NCBI RefSeq assembly: GCF_001194135.2 | Contig: NC_068992.1 | Coordinates: 27,799,936 to 27,863,935 of the forward strand | Reading direction: 5' to 3' | DNA length: 64,000 nucleotides | Origin: Octopus bimaculoides | Lineage: Eukaryota | Part shown: positions 35,230 through 48,744 of the stretch, in pieces | Layout: each line of letters opens with the position of its first letter | How positions within the stretch are numbered: position 1 is the stretch's first letter | Notes under the pieces: model-generated | Seen by the model: only the letters and a program-made list of their open reading frames with translations | Databases searched by the model: none | Told to the model about the DNA's origin: nothing | Translations under genes and position numbers: made by a program

Positions 35230-36787
35230 ATCATCATCATCACCATCGTTTAACGTCCGCTTTCCATGCTGGCATGGGTTGGACGGTTTGACTGAGGACT
35301 GGTGAGCCAGATGGCTGCACCAGGCTCCAATCTGATCTGGCAGAGTTTCTACAGCTAGATGCCCTTCCCAACGCCAACCACTCCGAGAGTGTAGTGGGTG
35401 CTTTTACATGCCACCAGCACGAGGGCCAGTCAGGTGGTATTGGCAATGGCCATGCTCAAATGGTGTTTTTACGTGTCACCTGCACAAGAGCCAGTCCAGT
35501 GGCACCGGCAACGCCCTCGCTCAAATGTTGTTTTCCATGTACCACCAACACAAGTACCAATAAAGCGGTGCTTTTTACGTGCCACCAGCACGGGGGCCAG
35601 TCAGCGGCGCTGGCGACAATCACGCTCAGATGGTGCTCTTAGCACTCCACTAGCACAGATGCCTGTCATGCAGTGCTGTCATCGAATTTGATTTTGATTT
35701 CGATTTCACTTGCCTCAACAGGTCTTCACAAGCAGAGTTTAGTGTCCAATGAAAGAAAGGTATGCCTAAGTGGGCTGGTTACACCACTGGCATAGGCCAC
35801 AGGTTATGGTCACACTTAGCTTGCCGGGTCTTCTCAAGCACAGCATATTTCCAAAGGTCTCGGTCACTAGTCATTGCCTTGGTGAGGCCTAATGTTCGAA
35901 GGTCATGCTTCACCACCTCATCCCAGGTCTTCCTAGGTCTACCTCTTTCACAGTTTCCCTCAACCGCTAAGGTGTGACACTTTTTCACAGCTATCCTTAT
36001 CCATTCGTACCACATGACCATACCAGCGCAGTCGTCTATCTTACACACCACAACTGATGCTTCTTAGGTCCAACTTTTCTCTCAAGGTACTTATACTCTG
36101 TCTAGTATGCACACTAACATTACACATCCAGCAGAGCATACTGGCTTTGTTCCTTGCAAGCTTACGCATGTCTTCAGTGGTCACGGCCCATGTTTCACTG
36201 CCATGTAGCACGGCTGTTTGTACACATGCATCATACAGTCTGCCTTTTACTCTGAGCAAGAGGCCTTTTGTCACCAGTAGAGGTAGGAGCTCTCTGAACT
36301 TTGCCCAGAGTATTCTTATTCTAGCAGCTACACTTTCAGAGCACCCACCCCCACTACTAACTTGGTCACCTAGGTAATGGAAGCTATCAACTACTTGTAG
36401 TTTTTTCTCCCTGGAATGTGGTAGAAGTTGTTCTCTACACATTTTCAGTGTTTATTGCTCCTGAGCATCTGGCACATACAAAAACTATCTTCCTATTTAG
36501 CCTTCCTTTGATATTGCTGCACCTCTTATGTGTCCATAGCTTACACTGGGTACATCTTATAGAGTTTCTACCTACGCCTTTTCTACAGATCGAGCAGGGC
36601 CATCTACATGAAGGGGTTTGTGGTTTGTTTGCCTTTCTACTTATTAGGACTTTGGTTTTAGCTAAGTTGACTCTAAGGCTCTTCGATTCTAATCCTTGCT
36701 TCCACACCTGAAACTTTTCATCTGGTTCTGATAGTGACTCAGCAATTAGAGCAAGGTCATCAGCATAGAGGAGCTCCCATTGCAAAT
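35230..36787 (-). mobile_element. 5'-truncated RTE-clade LINE (RT from the YADD motif to a (GAT)n tail)
   Basis: ELLYADDLALIAES...KTKVL, VDSFHYLG, RVKGRLYDACVQTAVLHGSETW; frameshifted; 3' tail of CAT repeats on the plus strand at about 35230. Confidence 0.92.
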
Positions 36788-36889
36788 AAATATAAATAAT
36801 ATAGAAATATACTGGTTCCAAATTTTGACACCAGGCCAGCAATTTCTGAGGAGTGAGTAAGCTAATTGCATTAATCCCAGTGCACAACA

Positions 36890-37440
36890 GGTATTTATTT
36901 TATCGACCCTGAAAAGATGAAAGGTGAAGTCGACCTCAGCAGAATTTGAACTCAGAATGTAAAGATGAATGAAAAGCTACTAAGCATTTTGCCCAGTGTG
37001 CTTACAATTCTGCCAGCCCACTGCCTTAATAGAGTAGAAACATATTCTTCTCTACTCTAGGTACAAGGCCCGAAATTTTGGGGGAGGGGACCAGTCAATT
37101 AGATCAACCCTAGTATGCAACTGGTACTTAATTTATCGACCCTGAAAGGATGAAAGGCAAAGTTGACCTTGGTGGAATTTGAACTCAGAACGTAAAGACA
37201 GACGAAATATCGCTAAACGTTTCACCCAGCATACTAACATTTCTGCCAGCTCGCTGCCTTTAATCTTTTCTACTCTAGGCACAAGGCCTGAAATTTTGGG
37301 GAAGGTGACCAATTGATTAGATTGACTACAGTATGCAACTGGTAGTTAACTTATCGACCCCGAAGGGATAAAAGGCAAAGTCGACCCCAGCGGAATTTGA
37401 ACTCAGAATGTAAAGACAGACAAAATACAGCTAACCATTT
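36890..37440 (-). mobile_element. Three tandem copies of a short tRNA-derived SINE
   Basis: Repeated ...tttatcgaccc(t/c)gaa...gaatttgaactcagaa... units. Same family at 7990-8185, 8930-9030, 22560-22916, 26810-27010, 51235-51370 and 61075-61205. Confidence 0.8.
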
Positions 37441-37877
37441 TGCTCTCTTTTTTTTTTTCTTTTACTTGTTTCAGTCATTTGACTGCAGCCATACTGGAGC
37501 ACCACCTTTAGTTGAGCAAATCAACCTTGGGAATTATTCTTTGTAAGCCTAGTACTTATTCTATCAGTCTCTTTTGCCGAACCGCTAAGTGGCTGGGACG
37601 TAAACACACCAGCATTGGTTGTCAAGCAATGCAAGGAGGACAAACACACACACACACACAAACACACACATATATATATATATATATATACATATATACG
37701 ACGCTTCTTTCAGTTTCCGTCTACCAAATCCACTCACAAGGCTTTGGTTGGCCCGAGGCTACAGTAGAAGATACTTGCCCAAGATGCCATGCAGTGGGAC
37801 TGAACCCGGAACCATGTGGTTGGTAAGCAAGCTACTTACCACACTATATTAGCAGCACATCTGTCATACATCCTTAC

Positions 37878-37928
37878 TGTTTGTCTATAAAGTGTACTCA
37901 ACAACTCATTTATCCCTTCAGCACCAAA
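37878..37928 (-). CDS. 51-nt exon FGAEGINELLSTLYRQT
   Basis: Acceptor gtatttag|, donor |gtaagg; phase 0-0; open. Confidence 0.7.
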
Positions 37929-38524
37929 CTAAATACTACATAGTATACTTTGAGCAGACAAACACACACAATACTATCTTCACTATTCATGAACAATACA
38001 CAACTAAATTCATTACACTCCATATAAAAAACAGGACCTATGTCTGATAACCTTAAATGGTGACCATGGATTTTAGACAACTTAAACAAGCCAAAACTAA
38101 TTGATTTACTAGATTTAGATCATAAATCTTTGAATTGCTACTCAACTTAAAAGTTATTAATGGTTTAAAGCCATAAAACATGTTAGATAACCTATGGGAT
38201 AAACCTAAATACTGCATATGATAAATGAATGATTTAACCGGAAGTCAAATTCCTCCTGCAATAATCTAAATGTTTTCTATGATCAAGAATGCAGCAGGAC
38301 AATAGGAAACCTCTACATATTTGGTCAACTTGTTAGAAATAGCAACCAAATCTCCTAACATCATATCCTATCACTTTAAAAAAAAGAAAGAACACATTGA
38401 ACAATGTTGTCCTGAATATAGTATGGCTGAAAACAAAGTTGGGATGGTCATGGTTGGAATAGGTTTGATTTTGGAAGCTATTGAGTCAAAATCAACTTGG
38501 TCGTATCAATATGTTTATTTAAGA

Positions 38525-38559
<35 letters not shown>

Positions 38560-39105
38560 GCATTACTACAGAATAATGCCACAATGCCCTTATATAAATA
38601 TAAACAAATAATTATATTCTTGGGAATAGAAATTTCCCCTATGAATTTTTTTACACACTGGCTTCCTGATAAAATTCTTGTAAAAGATTTTTATCCTTTT
38701 TTGAATTTATATATTTATATATATNNNNNNNNNNNNNNNNNNNNNNNNNNNNNNNNNNNNNNNNNNNNNNNNNNNNNNNNNNNNNNNNNNNNNNNNNNNN
38801 NNNNNNNNNNNNNNNNNNNNNNNNNNNNNNNNNNNNNNNNNNNNNNNNNNNNNNNNNNNNNNNNNNNNNNNNNNNNNNNNNNNNNNNNNNNNNNNNNNNN
38901 NNNNNNNNNNNNNNNNNNNNNNNNNNNNNNNNNGCAATACCTGCTCTGACAAAGTTTCTATGGCTGGATACCTTTCCAAACACCAACCACTTTGCAGAGT
39001 ATACTGGATTGCTTTGCATGGCACAGGCACCAGAGTGATCACCAAGTAACTCTCAAGATTTTTGAGCAGTAAGGAATAGCTTCAAGAATCAAAATCTTCT
39101 ACATA

Positions 39106-39158
<53 letters not shown>

Positions 39159-39816
39159 TGTATGTGCATGTGTGTGTGTGGCTGTGTGGTAAGAAGTTTG
39201 CTTCCCAACCACATGATTCTGGCTTCGGTCCCACTACACAGCACCTTCAAGCTGACCAAAGCCTTGTGAGTGGATTTGGTAGATGGAAACTAAAAAAAGC
39301 CTGTCCTATATACATTTATATATATCTATGAGTGCGTGCATCTTTGTGTCTGTGTTTGTCCCCCACTACTGCTTGACAACAGTTATTAGTATGTTTATGT
39401 CCCCATAACTTAGCTGTTTGGCAAAAGAGTCCAATAGAATAAGTACCAGGCTTTACAAATAAAAAAATATGTAATAAGTCCTGGGGTCAATTTGTTCAAC
39501 TAAAATTCCTCAAAGTAGTGCCCTAGCATGGCCACACTCAAATAACTGAAACAAGATAAAAAATACACATACAAACATATAACAACAGGTTGAGTTACTG
39601 TGATCTAAGAAAACTTAATAATGTATTAAATTTTAAATTAATGTTTTTTTAAGTTACTTAATCTTGAGGGGAGGTCAGTTTCCATGACTCTTTATAGAGT
39701 CCTATAAGACTGGTGGGGGGAGGGAGGAATGTATCCTTGAACCAAGACTTGGCCTAATTCCTAGAACTAGAGTCTTCAATAAAAGCATGAAAGATTGGTT
39801 CACTTCAGTCAGGGCT

Positions 39817-40198
39817 GTTGGCACTCTGTTGCTTACGACATCGAGGGTTCCAGTTGATCCGACCAACGGAACAGCCTGCTCGTGAAATTAACGTGCAAGT
39901 GGCTGAGCATTCCACAGACACGTGTACCCTTAACGTAGTTCTCAGGGATATTCAGCATGACACAGTGTGACAAGGCTGACCCTTTGAATTACAGGCACAA
40001 CAGAAACAGGAAGTAAGAGTGAGAGAAAGTTGTGGTGGAAGAGTACAGCAGAGTTCGCCACCATCCCCTGCCGGAGCCTCGTGGAGCTTTAGGTGTTTTC
40101 ACTCAATAAACACTCACAACGCCCGGTCTGGGAATCAAAACCGCGATTCTATGACTGCGAGTCCGCTGCCCTAACCACTGGGCCATTGCGCCTCCACA
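39817..40198 (-). mobile_element. Full-length tRNA-derived SINE with a 12-bp TSD
   Basis: Head GTGGAGGCGCAATGGCCCAGTGGTTAGGG with A/B boxes; TSD TCAGTCAGGGCT at 39805-39816 and 40199-40210. Confidence 0.9.
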
Positions 40199-40375
40199 TC
40201 AGTCAGGGCTAACCAAGGACAAACGATAACATAGTCATTAGATATCCATCTGCTTTTTGTCTTTTCGTTGCTTTTAAACCCTTTTGATACTAACCCACTC
40301 AAAACTGCCTCCAATTCTATGATACAAACTTCTTTTAAAGTAATCTAAATGGTAACCATCCTTCAAAATCTCATG

Positions 40376-40603
40376 TTAACCCTTTAGCATTCAGATAACT
40401 CTGTCAAATGTAATCCTTACTTATTCACATTGTTTTCAATGAATCATGCATTATCTTGCAGCTTCAAGATTCTGACGACGTGACTGTATATTTTTAGAAT
40501 AACATTGCAGAGTAGGTATGAGAGGCCAAATCTGGCCAGTTTGAACATAAAACAGGCAGAATAATTTGGCTGAATATAGCTGATTTAAATGCTAAAGGGA
40601 TAA
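40376..40603. mobile_element. TTAA MITE (second family)
   Basis: TTAA|CCCTTTAGCATT ... AATGCTAAAGGG|ATAA. Confidence 0.75.
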
Positions 40604-41201
40604 AGAATGTACCAAACACCACCTGAGTAATGACAAAGTTAGTTTTAAAAATTTTTCATTATTTTCAAAATCATTTAAAATTAAGATAAAGGTAATGTAT
40701 TTCAACAGAAATATGGTAAGAAATGGGTTGAAGACAGTAAAANNNNNNNNNNNNNGTTGGTTTGATGATTTTGATGGACAGCTTAGAGAACTGAAGGTCA
40801 ATGTCAGCAGGAAAATACTTGTCAGGGTTAGAACTCTACAGGGTTTGAGGGCTGCAGGCCAGGGAAGGAATGACTGCTAAAATATTTTATGTGGGGGTTA
40901 ATGGTGGGGGAGGGGGGTCAGAGAGAATAAGGGGTGGGAAGGGATATGGAGAGGGTATGCAGCAGTAAATTAGTACAAAAAGATCAAAGACCATTGTAGT
41001 AGCATTAGATAAGACAGACAGACATGAAAACAGACAGACAGACAGACAGACAGGTTTACAGGCAGACAGACCGACAGGTGGATAGATGGATGAATGGATG
41101 GACAGAGAGAAAAACCCATGCATTTGTGAGTCAGAGTTTGAAGACGTGCTAAAGAAATTCCTTCAACTTTGTGTAAAGGTACTTTTTCACAAATGTCACC
41201 T

Positions 41202-41634
41202 TTAACCCTTCAGCATTCAGGTTACTCTGTCAAATGTTCATCATCATCATCATCGTTTAACGTCCGCTTTCCATGCTAGCATGGGTTAGACAATTTGACT
41301 GAGGACTGGTCAAACCAGATGGCTACACCAGGCTCCAATCTGATTTGGCAGAGTTTCTACAGCTGGATGCCCTTCCTAACGCTAACCACTCAGAGAGTGT
41401 AGTGGGTGCTTTTACGTGCCACTGGCACGAAGGCCAGTCAGGCGGTACTGGCTATTCACATTGTTTTGAATTAATTATGCATTATCTTGTAGCTTTGAAA
41501 TTTTGATGAAGTAACTGTTAATTTTTAGAATTATATTGTAGGGTTGGTGTGTGAGGTCAGATCTGGCCAATTTGAACATAAAACACCTGGAATATTTTGG
41601 CCAGATATGGTCACTTTAAATGCTAATGGGTTAA
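41202..41634. mobile_element. TTAA MITE (second family) interrupted by an RTE 3' fragment at about 41238-41452
   Basis: Matches 40376-40603 on both sides of the LINE fragment. Confidence 0.75.
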
Positions 41635-41900
41635 TATGTACACCTAGATATTCCCTTTTACTGACATTTGTATGTTAAAAAATTAAGTCGGCCAATCATT
41701 ATGATTTATATTCTAGATGGTTCTAACATCAACTCTTAAATACTAAATGTCACTGAGATCTGGTTAAATTGAATTTCTGAAAAGTTTTAGGATATTTTAC
41801 ATCAATGTTTTTGTACAACTTAAATGGATGACATTCAATATTTACTTATTGATTACTGAATGTCATTTCAATGGTTCACAGAGATAGAGATTGAACTTAC

Positions 41901-41948
41901 TACAATGAAGATATCTTTCTCCAATGCAGCTACAGTTTCAAAGGGCAT
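41901..41948 (-). CDS. 48-nt exon MPFETVAALEKDIFIV
   Basis: Acceptor tttttgcttttag|, donor |gtaagt; phase 0-0; open. Confidence 0.7.
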
Positions 41949-42084
41949 CTAAAAGCAAAAATTTAATCCCCAAGTCTTGTAGAGTAACAGATAAGATAAA
42001 AAGTACAACGTGGTTTCAACTCCTAGTTAAAACTCTCTCACTCAGTTACACTGCTAATATCTTTTGAATAAGTCCTGAACACAC

Positions 42085-42290
42085 AGCCACAAACTCTTGT
42101 TAGAATCATCAGTCCAGGGTGCCTTTGGCTGATGAGGTACAACAAAATTAAAACACCAAGTGTCCCAGAGTCCCCTTGTGATAATGAATCAATTGTGTTA
42201 TGAGCACACCTTTGTTGAGAGGAGTTGTTCTTTGATGAAACAAAATAGTGATTAGCATATTTAGGCTTGAATCTGCCAGAATGTATTAAG
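42085..42290 (+). repeat. Dispersed repeat with a degenerate hammerhead (42123-42170); paralogue at 24805-25020
   Basis: CUUUGG CUGAUGA ... (A)AAA CAC-caa-GUG UC^ CCAGAG. The paralogue keeps CUGAUGA...GAAA CAC-ugg-GUG UC. Confidence 0.55.
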
Positions 42291-42502
42291 AATAAACATA
42301 CAAATCATCGTTTTGATTCTTGCTGTTCACCAAGTATTAAATGATTTATAATACACATTATGCTTTCATTAACCCATTAGCACCTAAATTATCACTCTAA
42401 AGAAAAAAATAATCTATTGATCTTTTTTTAGCTTGTTTAACACTAAGGAATATTTGAAGCCAAAATATAAAAAAATTTTTACACATGCACACATACAAAC
42501 AT

Positions 42503-42540
<38 letters not shown>

Positions 42541-45500
42541 CATCATCATTTAAGACTGACTTTTTCATGGTTGCATGTATCAGATGGAATTTGCTGAGGC
42601 AGGTTTTCAACAGCTGGATGCTCTTCCTGTCACCAACTCTCACCAGTTCCCAAGCAAGGTAATATCTCCTCTCGTCCTTCAAACACTAGAGGCACAAGGG
42701 CTGGAAGATGGCAGACAAATGACATCATTTGTATGACAGTGACATTCTTCACAACCAGTATGTGATATGAAAACAAAGATACATAAGCACACAAACACAC
42801 ACACATTATCATCATGATTTTTATGTCCACTTTCCTGGTGGTTTGACAGAAGCCAGCATATGGCCCCAGTGTTATACTTTTGACATGATTTCTATAGTTA
42901 GATGCCCTCCCTAATGCCAGCTACTTTATAAAGTGTACTGGGTACTTTTTTCATAACACCAGCACTAATAAGGATGCCTTGTAACTTGCAAGACCAAAGA
43001 GCCCCTCAAATGAGAAGAAGGTTAAGATATAGGTTAGAATTTTTAAAGTGTTAAAAGGTTAAAGAATGATGGGAAGAACAGGTTTACTATTTGTCGAGTA
43101 GATTCATGACTACTTCATATTTTAGTTGGGTGGACAGGAGGAGCTGGAGTGGGGCACAAACAAAGGTAAATACAGTAATAACGAAGTATTAGAATGCACC
43201 CTCATGGTAACATGTCCAAGATAGGTGTAGAAGAGAATGTAGACACAAAAATATCAGAGAGAGTGGTGGGCAAAGTTGTATGAAAGAAGAGGGAGTGAAT
43301 ATGAAAATGGGATGAAAAAAGTCAGATATATAAAAGAGATGAACAGAGGTGAAATGGTCTCTATGATTGGGTACAATAAGAACGATGACTGGGAGTAGTA
43401 GTACAAAGGATAGTAAGTGGTGGCTAGCAACACAGAGATGGAGATATGATATGGTATATAGTAACAGGCCCGGTTTTCATTTTATGCAGCAGCAGAATAA
43501 TACAGTAGACAGGAAAGTGATATAGGAATGCATGTTAGAGGCTGCAACTGGAGAAAGAGTGGCGAAATAGATACCAACAAGTATGGGGTTGGGGTCGCTG
43601 ATGCTATGAATGAGGAATGGATGTCAATGGGAAACAGTTGGGGGAGAGGGGCTCAGTTGTGTGGGTGGGTGCAAGGAGAATCAGTTGTGTAGGTGGAAGA
43701 AGGGAATTGTTTTGTTCCTAGAGTACAGATACACAGATACATTATGCTTTGAGAGCGTTAGTCATGGTGTGCTAGCTTGACTTGGTGATTCTTCTCAAGT
43801 ACTGCATATCACCAATCATCACAGTCTTTTTCATCTCTTCCACAAGTCTCAATCAGCTTTCCCCACCTCATTTCACATTTTCTTGAGTCTCCTTCTTCCT
43901 CAGGTCCTATCTACTATGAGTGATCAGGAATCCTATATACAGCGGCCTTCATCTATACACTTCACATTCCCAAACCAGTGCAGTTTCACATCTGGTTCCA
44001 CTCTCTCTCTGTCATTAGGGAGGGCAGCCAACTATAAAAAACACACCGGACAACAAGCAGTAGGGCTAGGTGCAGTCCTCTGGCTTGCCTTCTATCGATC
44101 CGTTCAAGCCATGCCAGCATGGGAGGCGGGCATTAAATAATGATGATGATGATGTATGCCATCAACATCATTTAATGCCCCCTTCACCAAGCTGGATGCC
44201 CTTCCTAATGTCAAGCTTTTTTTCATGGCACCAGCGTTAATGAGGTCATCAAATATTCATAAGACAAACCCCTCAACCAAGAGGGGTTTCACATTGAAGG
44301 AAGCGAAAGTATGGTAGAGGAGTAAAAATAGGTGTCTTGCTGAAGAGAAGAATTTATGGCTACTCCAGCCAGAAAGAAAGAGATGGTGAAGGTATACCCT
44401 GAAGGTGCAGGGTGAATATGAATGAGAGAATAAAAATAGAAGAACAGAAAGGCTGCATGGGTAGGTAAGTACACTAGAGTGGGAAAAGAGTGTGACAGCT
44501 GATTGGAGGGGAGATTGATGCCAATGCAATGAATATTAGTTTGAGGGAAGGGGGAAAGAATTAGGAGTGGGTCAGAGAGGAAAAGGATGTAATAAGGGAC
44601 AGTAATAGGGATACAATATGAAGAGGATAAATTACAGAACCTGAGTGCATAGTACCACAGTTAGGAGATTGATGGAGGGATGGATGTTAGATGGGGAGTT
44701 GTGGGAGAGTGTTTGACAGGACCTCAATTTTGCTGAGATGAACAAGTCTTCTCAAGCACAGCTTATTGCCATTCATCTTGGTTCTTTGCCATTTCCTCTA
44801 GGGGGTTCAACATTCACTTCATCCCACATCTACCTGCATCTGATGTCCTTCCTAGCTGATGCAGGGATGATTTATCATCATCTTCCAATATATGTAATAT
44901 TTTAAAACACAGTACATCCATAAGAGGAGATGTTACCTCAAACAAATACCACTGTAACTTGCCTGTTAACCAAGGGCCAGTTTTAACCTAGATATATTCA
45001 AATTGAGTCCCATGCCAAGAGAGGGCTCCATGCTCATGCTCAAGCAGATGATGCTATGATGACTTTTTGGTATATCATTGTGGCTAAGATGTTGAAACCT
45101 CAAGCCCTCAATGTCTTTTGGTTGGGACTGGCGTATTACATGAAGCATGAACATCAATCTTCAGCTTTTGTAGAGAGGAGGGCCCCACTGACAATTCTCT
45201 AATGGGCCCTGCAATTCCTAGCATCAGCCCTGCTGTTAACAATGCATATACATTAAGTATGATGCATAGATGGCTATTTTAATTTAATACTGCTTCTATT
45301 ATGTATAATGGTATTATCATTATCTTTATCATTAACAACCGGAAGCAAAAACATAATAATAATAATGAGTCTATTGTATGCAATGTTCAGGTACATTGCA
45401 TACAAATGATCAATAAATCTTGTTCAGCAATTCTTTTCACACAGTTAATTGTGTAGCAAAGTATCTACCTTCACCTAGGCCTGTATTTCTTTATATAGTG

Positions 45501-45658
45501 ACAGAGTGTGCATACATGTTTGTCCTTTTTTTTCCTATGGTTTTAACGGCTGGTTGCCCTTCCTGTCACCAACCATATTATAGTGTGGACTTATGTTAGT
45601 CGTAGTCAGGTTTTATACAGTGAAACTAAATACAGATAAAATAAATGATTTCACATAC

Positions 45659-45708
45659 CTTGGTGTACAAGGTCAAACTTCTAGAAGACAGATAGTCCTT
45701 TGAATCAT
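45659..45708 (-). CDS. 50-nt exon (D)DSKDYLSSRSLTLYTK
   Basis: Acceptor tattttag|, donor AAG|gtatgt; phase 1 in, phase 0 out. The other two frames contain stops. Confidence 0.65.
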
Positions 45709-46428
45709 CTAAAATATGAATGATACTTTATGATCTCAAACGAACGAAAGGTAAAAATTCACCCTAATGGAATTTGTACCCAGACCATAATTAAATACTG
45801 TATGGCCCTATATACAATGTCTGCTCATTATAATTCCATTCACATCTAGGATGCTTTATAGAAATATTATACAAACCCTCAGTATTTAACTGGTACTGAG
45901 TTAATAAAATGGAAACTCAGAGGGATGAAAAGTAAAATTAATTTTGGCAGGATTTGAAATAAGAATGTAATGGTCTATAAACTAAAGACCACAACACTAA
46001 AGTCAAATGTTCAAACGATTTTGTCAATCCATGCGTCAATATTACTAAGTAATAATGTTCACATGACAGTATCTGGCATTCTGCTTGTTGTAGTTGATTA
46101 ATCAGGTCAGCCTGATTGAACAGATCTATAATCGAAATCATACTAACCATGACAACCTGTAGTTTTAGTAGTATTGTAAGACTACATTACCTAACGTAGT
46201 CTTATTTAAGACTACATTATTTAAGATAGCAGGGTGTGGTTTGTAGGCAATTTGGCTGCGATTTCTAGCATATAGAACGACCACTAAGATGATCCTTCAT
46301 TGGCTCGCCTTCACCTTATTTCATTCATTTACGAAACATTTGATTAGAAATAATTTCAACGTAGGATTTGGGTTTTTGCGTTTTACTTTCTGAAGTTCCA
46401 GTATTGATTTATTGTAGAAACCAATTAC

Positions 46429-46522
46429 CTATGACACTGATGTAACACATGGTGGTCTGGTATGCTCGTTCAGCTGGTGGCCCCAGTAACAGAAGATTGG
46501 CCAAACGAGCAATGTTTGACAT
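46429..46522 (-). CDS. Candidate alternative first coding exon (isoform B)
   Basis: Reads MSNIARLANLLLLGPPAERAYQTTMCYISVI+G; donor ATAG|GTAATT, phase 1, matches the 45708 exon. An in-frame upstream ATG exists at 46657. Confidence 0.55.
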
Positions 46523-47469
46523 CGGGTCTGGCAGGTGAGTCACGACTGAAGTGACGTAAAAAGTAATGTGGAATGCGAATGCAACGAGATGCTTGGGTGG
46601 AAGTGATGTTATGACTGGCAAGTTGAGATGAGCAAAGGCAGTTGTAGTAGTGGTCATAGATGAGTCACAGAGAACAAGTTATCCTCGTTCGAAAATTCTA
46701 TGAAGTAAACTAACTACAAAAACACATGCGAACAACTTCTTCTATGTAAATAAATGCAGACCTAGCTAAGTGCAACTAGAAACTTCAGTACTCAGTTTGC
46801 TGTGTAAAAAAGGAAAGTATTTCCCCCTTTATGTTTTACTTCCTGGTTGTTCGTTATACAATCAATGGAACTAAGTTCTAAGACTGATATAGTGCATACC
46901 TCAGCATCTCTGTTTACCTTTCGCTACAATGGCAATATTTCAGACCATTATATCATAATATATTAACAGTAATGTTCAGTAAAAATAAACTTAGGACGGA
47001 TCGAGGGACCCGCACCAGCTTTTTTTTAAATATGTATTTTTCTGGTTATGACTTTTCATAGTATTTACATCGTTTATACACTTGAGGGAAACCATTAATG
47101 CCACATCTCATTTCAGCTACCCTATCCTTAAGATATTTGGTTTCATGCCTATTATCGAACAGATGACCCCCTTTTGAACGGATCGATATATTGATAAATA
47201 CGTAACCACTTCTATAATATAACGAAAAGGTAACTGGAAAAAAAAAAGTAGATGTGTAGGTGTGCAAAAATAACTATTGGTGGAGAGATGAGAGAAGAAA
47301 AAAAATGAGATAGAAAGGAAACAAGGGTAAATGTATTGTTATATGAATCGTTTAAAAGTGGGATAATTATGCTGTGATAAATAAGGTGAGTGAATGTGAG
47401 CGGCATAGAGATAAGATCAATGTGAAATACAACATAAGAGTAGTGGACAAGTATGGTAAATCCTCTTAC

Positions 47470-47838
47470 CTTGTAACTAAAAAATAAATCGCATGCTTCA
47501 TCCGTCCGGACAATGTTCTGTTTCTTGGATGTTCTACTACTTGTACTCAAAGTACTCCTTCGACTGTATGTACTTCCTGGTCGACTTCTGTTGAGGTTGG
47601 GATCCGTGGCCATAGCTTGATTGTCGATGGGGGTCGATGCATGTTGTTCATTTCTAATAAACGGATGACCATCTGTAATATCATTGCTGCTGCCATGGTA
47701 GGTGTGTACTCCGATATAACCAGAACTTGTTGGTTTCAAACTTAGGGTGGCACCGACAAACTCACCTTCCTTTTCATCTGCCGATGACAGATGTTCGTCA
47801 CTTAGGTATTCAGATACGAATTTATCATCGGTCATCAT
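47470..47838 (-). CDS. First coding exon (isoform A) of an unidentified host gene, 123 aa
   Basis: ATG at 47838; reads MMTDDKFVSEYLSDE...IVRTDEACDLFFSYK with natural amino-acid composition; ends at AAG|GTAAGA, phase 0. Confidence 0.7.
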
Positions 47839-48139
47839 TTTGAACACGATTCTGTTGTGCACTGACTTCTTTTTATAATGTCACCTACCAACGATCACTA
47901 CACTGTTGTTCGAGGGTGTGTATAGTGTCGCGTGTGTATATATATATATATATATAAGTAGAGCTGTAGAGATAACAAAGAAGAAAGTATTAATTGGGAA
48001 ATGACAACTAAATTGACATTACGGAATTAATATACATTATTATATACATTCACATTTCTGAAAGAAAAAGTCAACATATTGTTTACTATATTGGTTCGAT
48101 CACGTGTTCAACTGATCGATACGAATTACGAAGAAATAC

Positions 48140-48212
<73 letters not shown>

Positions 48213-48238
48213 TATATATATATATGGTTGAAATTTAT

Positions 48239-48276
<38 letters not shown>

Positions 48277-48744
48277 ATGTACACTAGTATACAGACGTAG
48301 CGAATTGCGTTTGGAATTGGTAAAATGGCTTGAGTCTTAAGTGTCCGAAGGATGGTAACATTTTCTATGCCAATAACACTCCCCACATATATATGTATAT
48401 ACACACACACATATACGGAGAGAGAAAGATCTAGTAAACATGAAGTTTATTTAAATAAATTAAATAATCTTACCAAAAGAAACTCTATTTTCTATAGGCC
48501 TATATAATGTAATGTTTGTCAAAATGTTAATTCTATTGTTTCAGTTTATGTGTGATAAGAAGAGAGAAATAATGTGTGCCTCATCACGACGAATAATAAT
48601 TTACTTAACTTTCGTTTCTAGATAAAACTTAGTTTAGTTGCCACTGCTTGCTAAGTTGTAGGTGCACCTAAGTTAGCGAGAGAGAGAGAGAGTTCTCGCC
48701 ATGTACAAACAAACATGCGTAAATCAACAAAGCAGACTTCTTAC

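Noticed and set aside
35400-35660. Short semi-regular repeats (cttttac(a/g)tgccaccagcacg...) as a CRISPR-like array
   Set aside because: These are internal repeats of the RTE 3'UTR, irregular and in a eukaryotic context with no cas genes.
40100-40198. tRNA gene
   Set aside because: The A/B boxes belong to a SINE head that continues into a repeat body with a TSD; no complete cloverleaf is seen.
43000-44720. Purine-rich stretches as old LINE remnants
   Set aside because: Probably very decayed LINE sequence, but no motif is clear enough to call.
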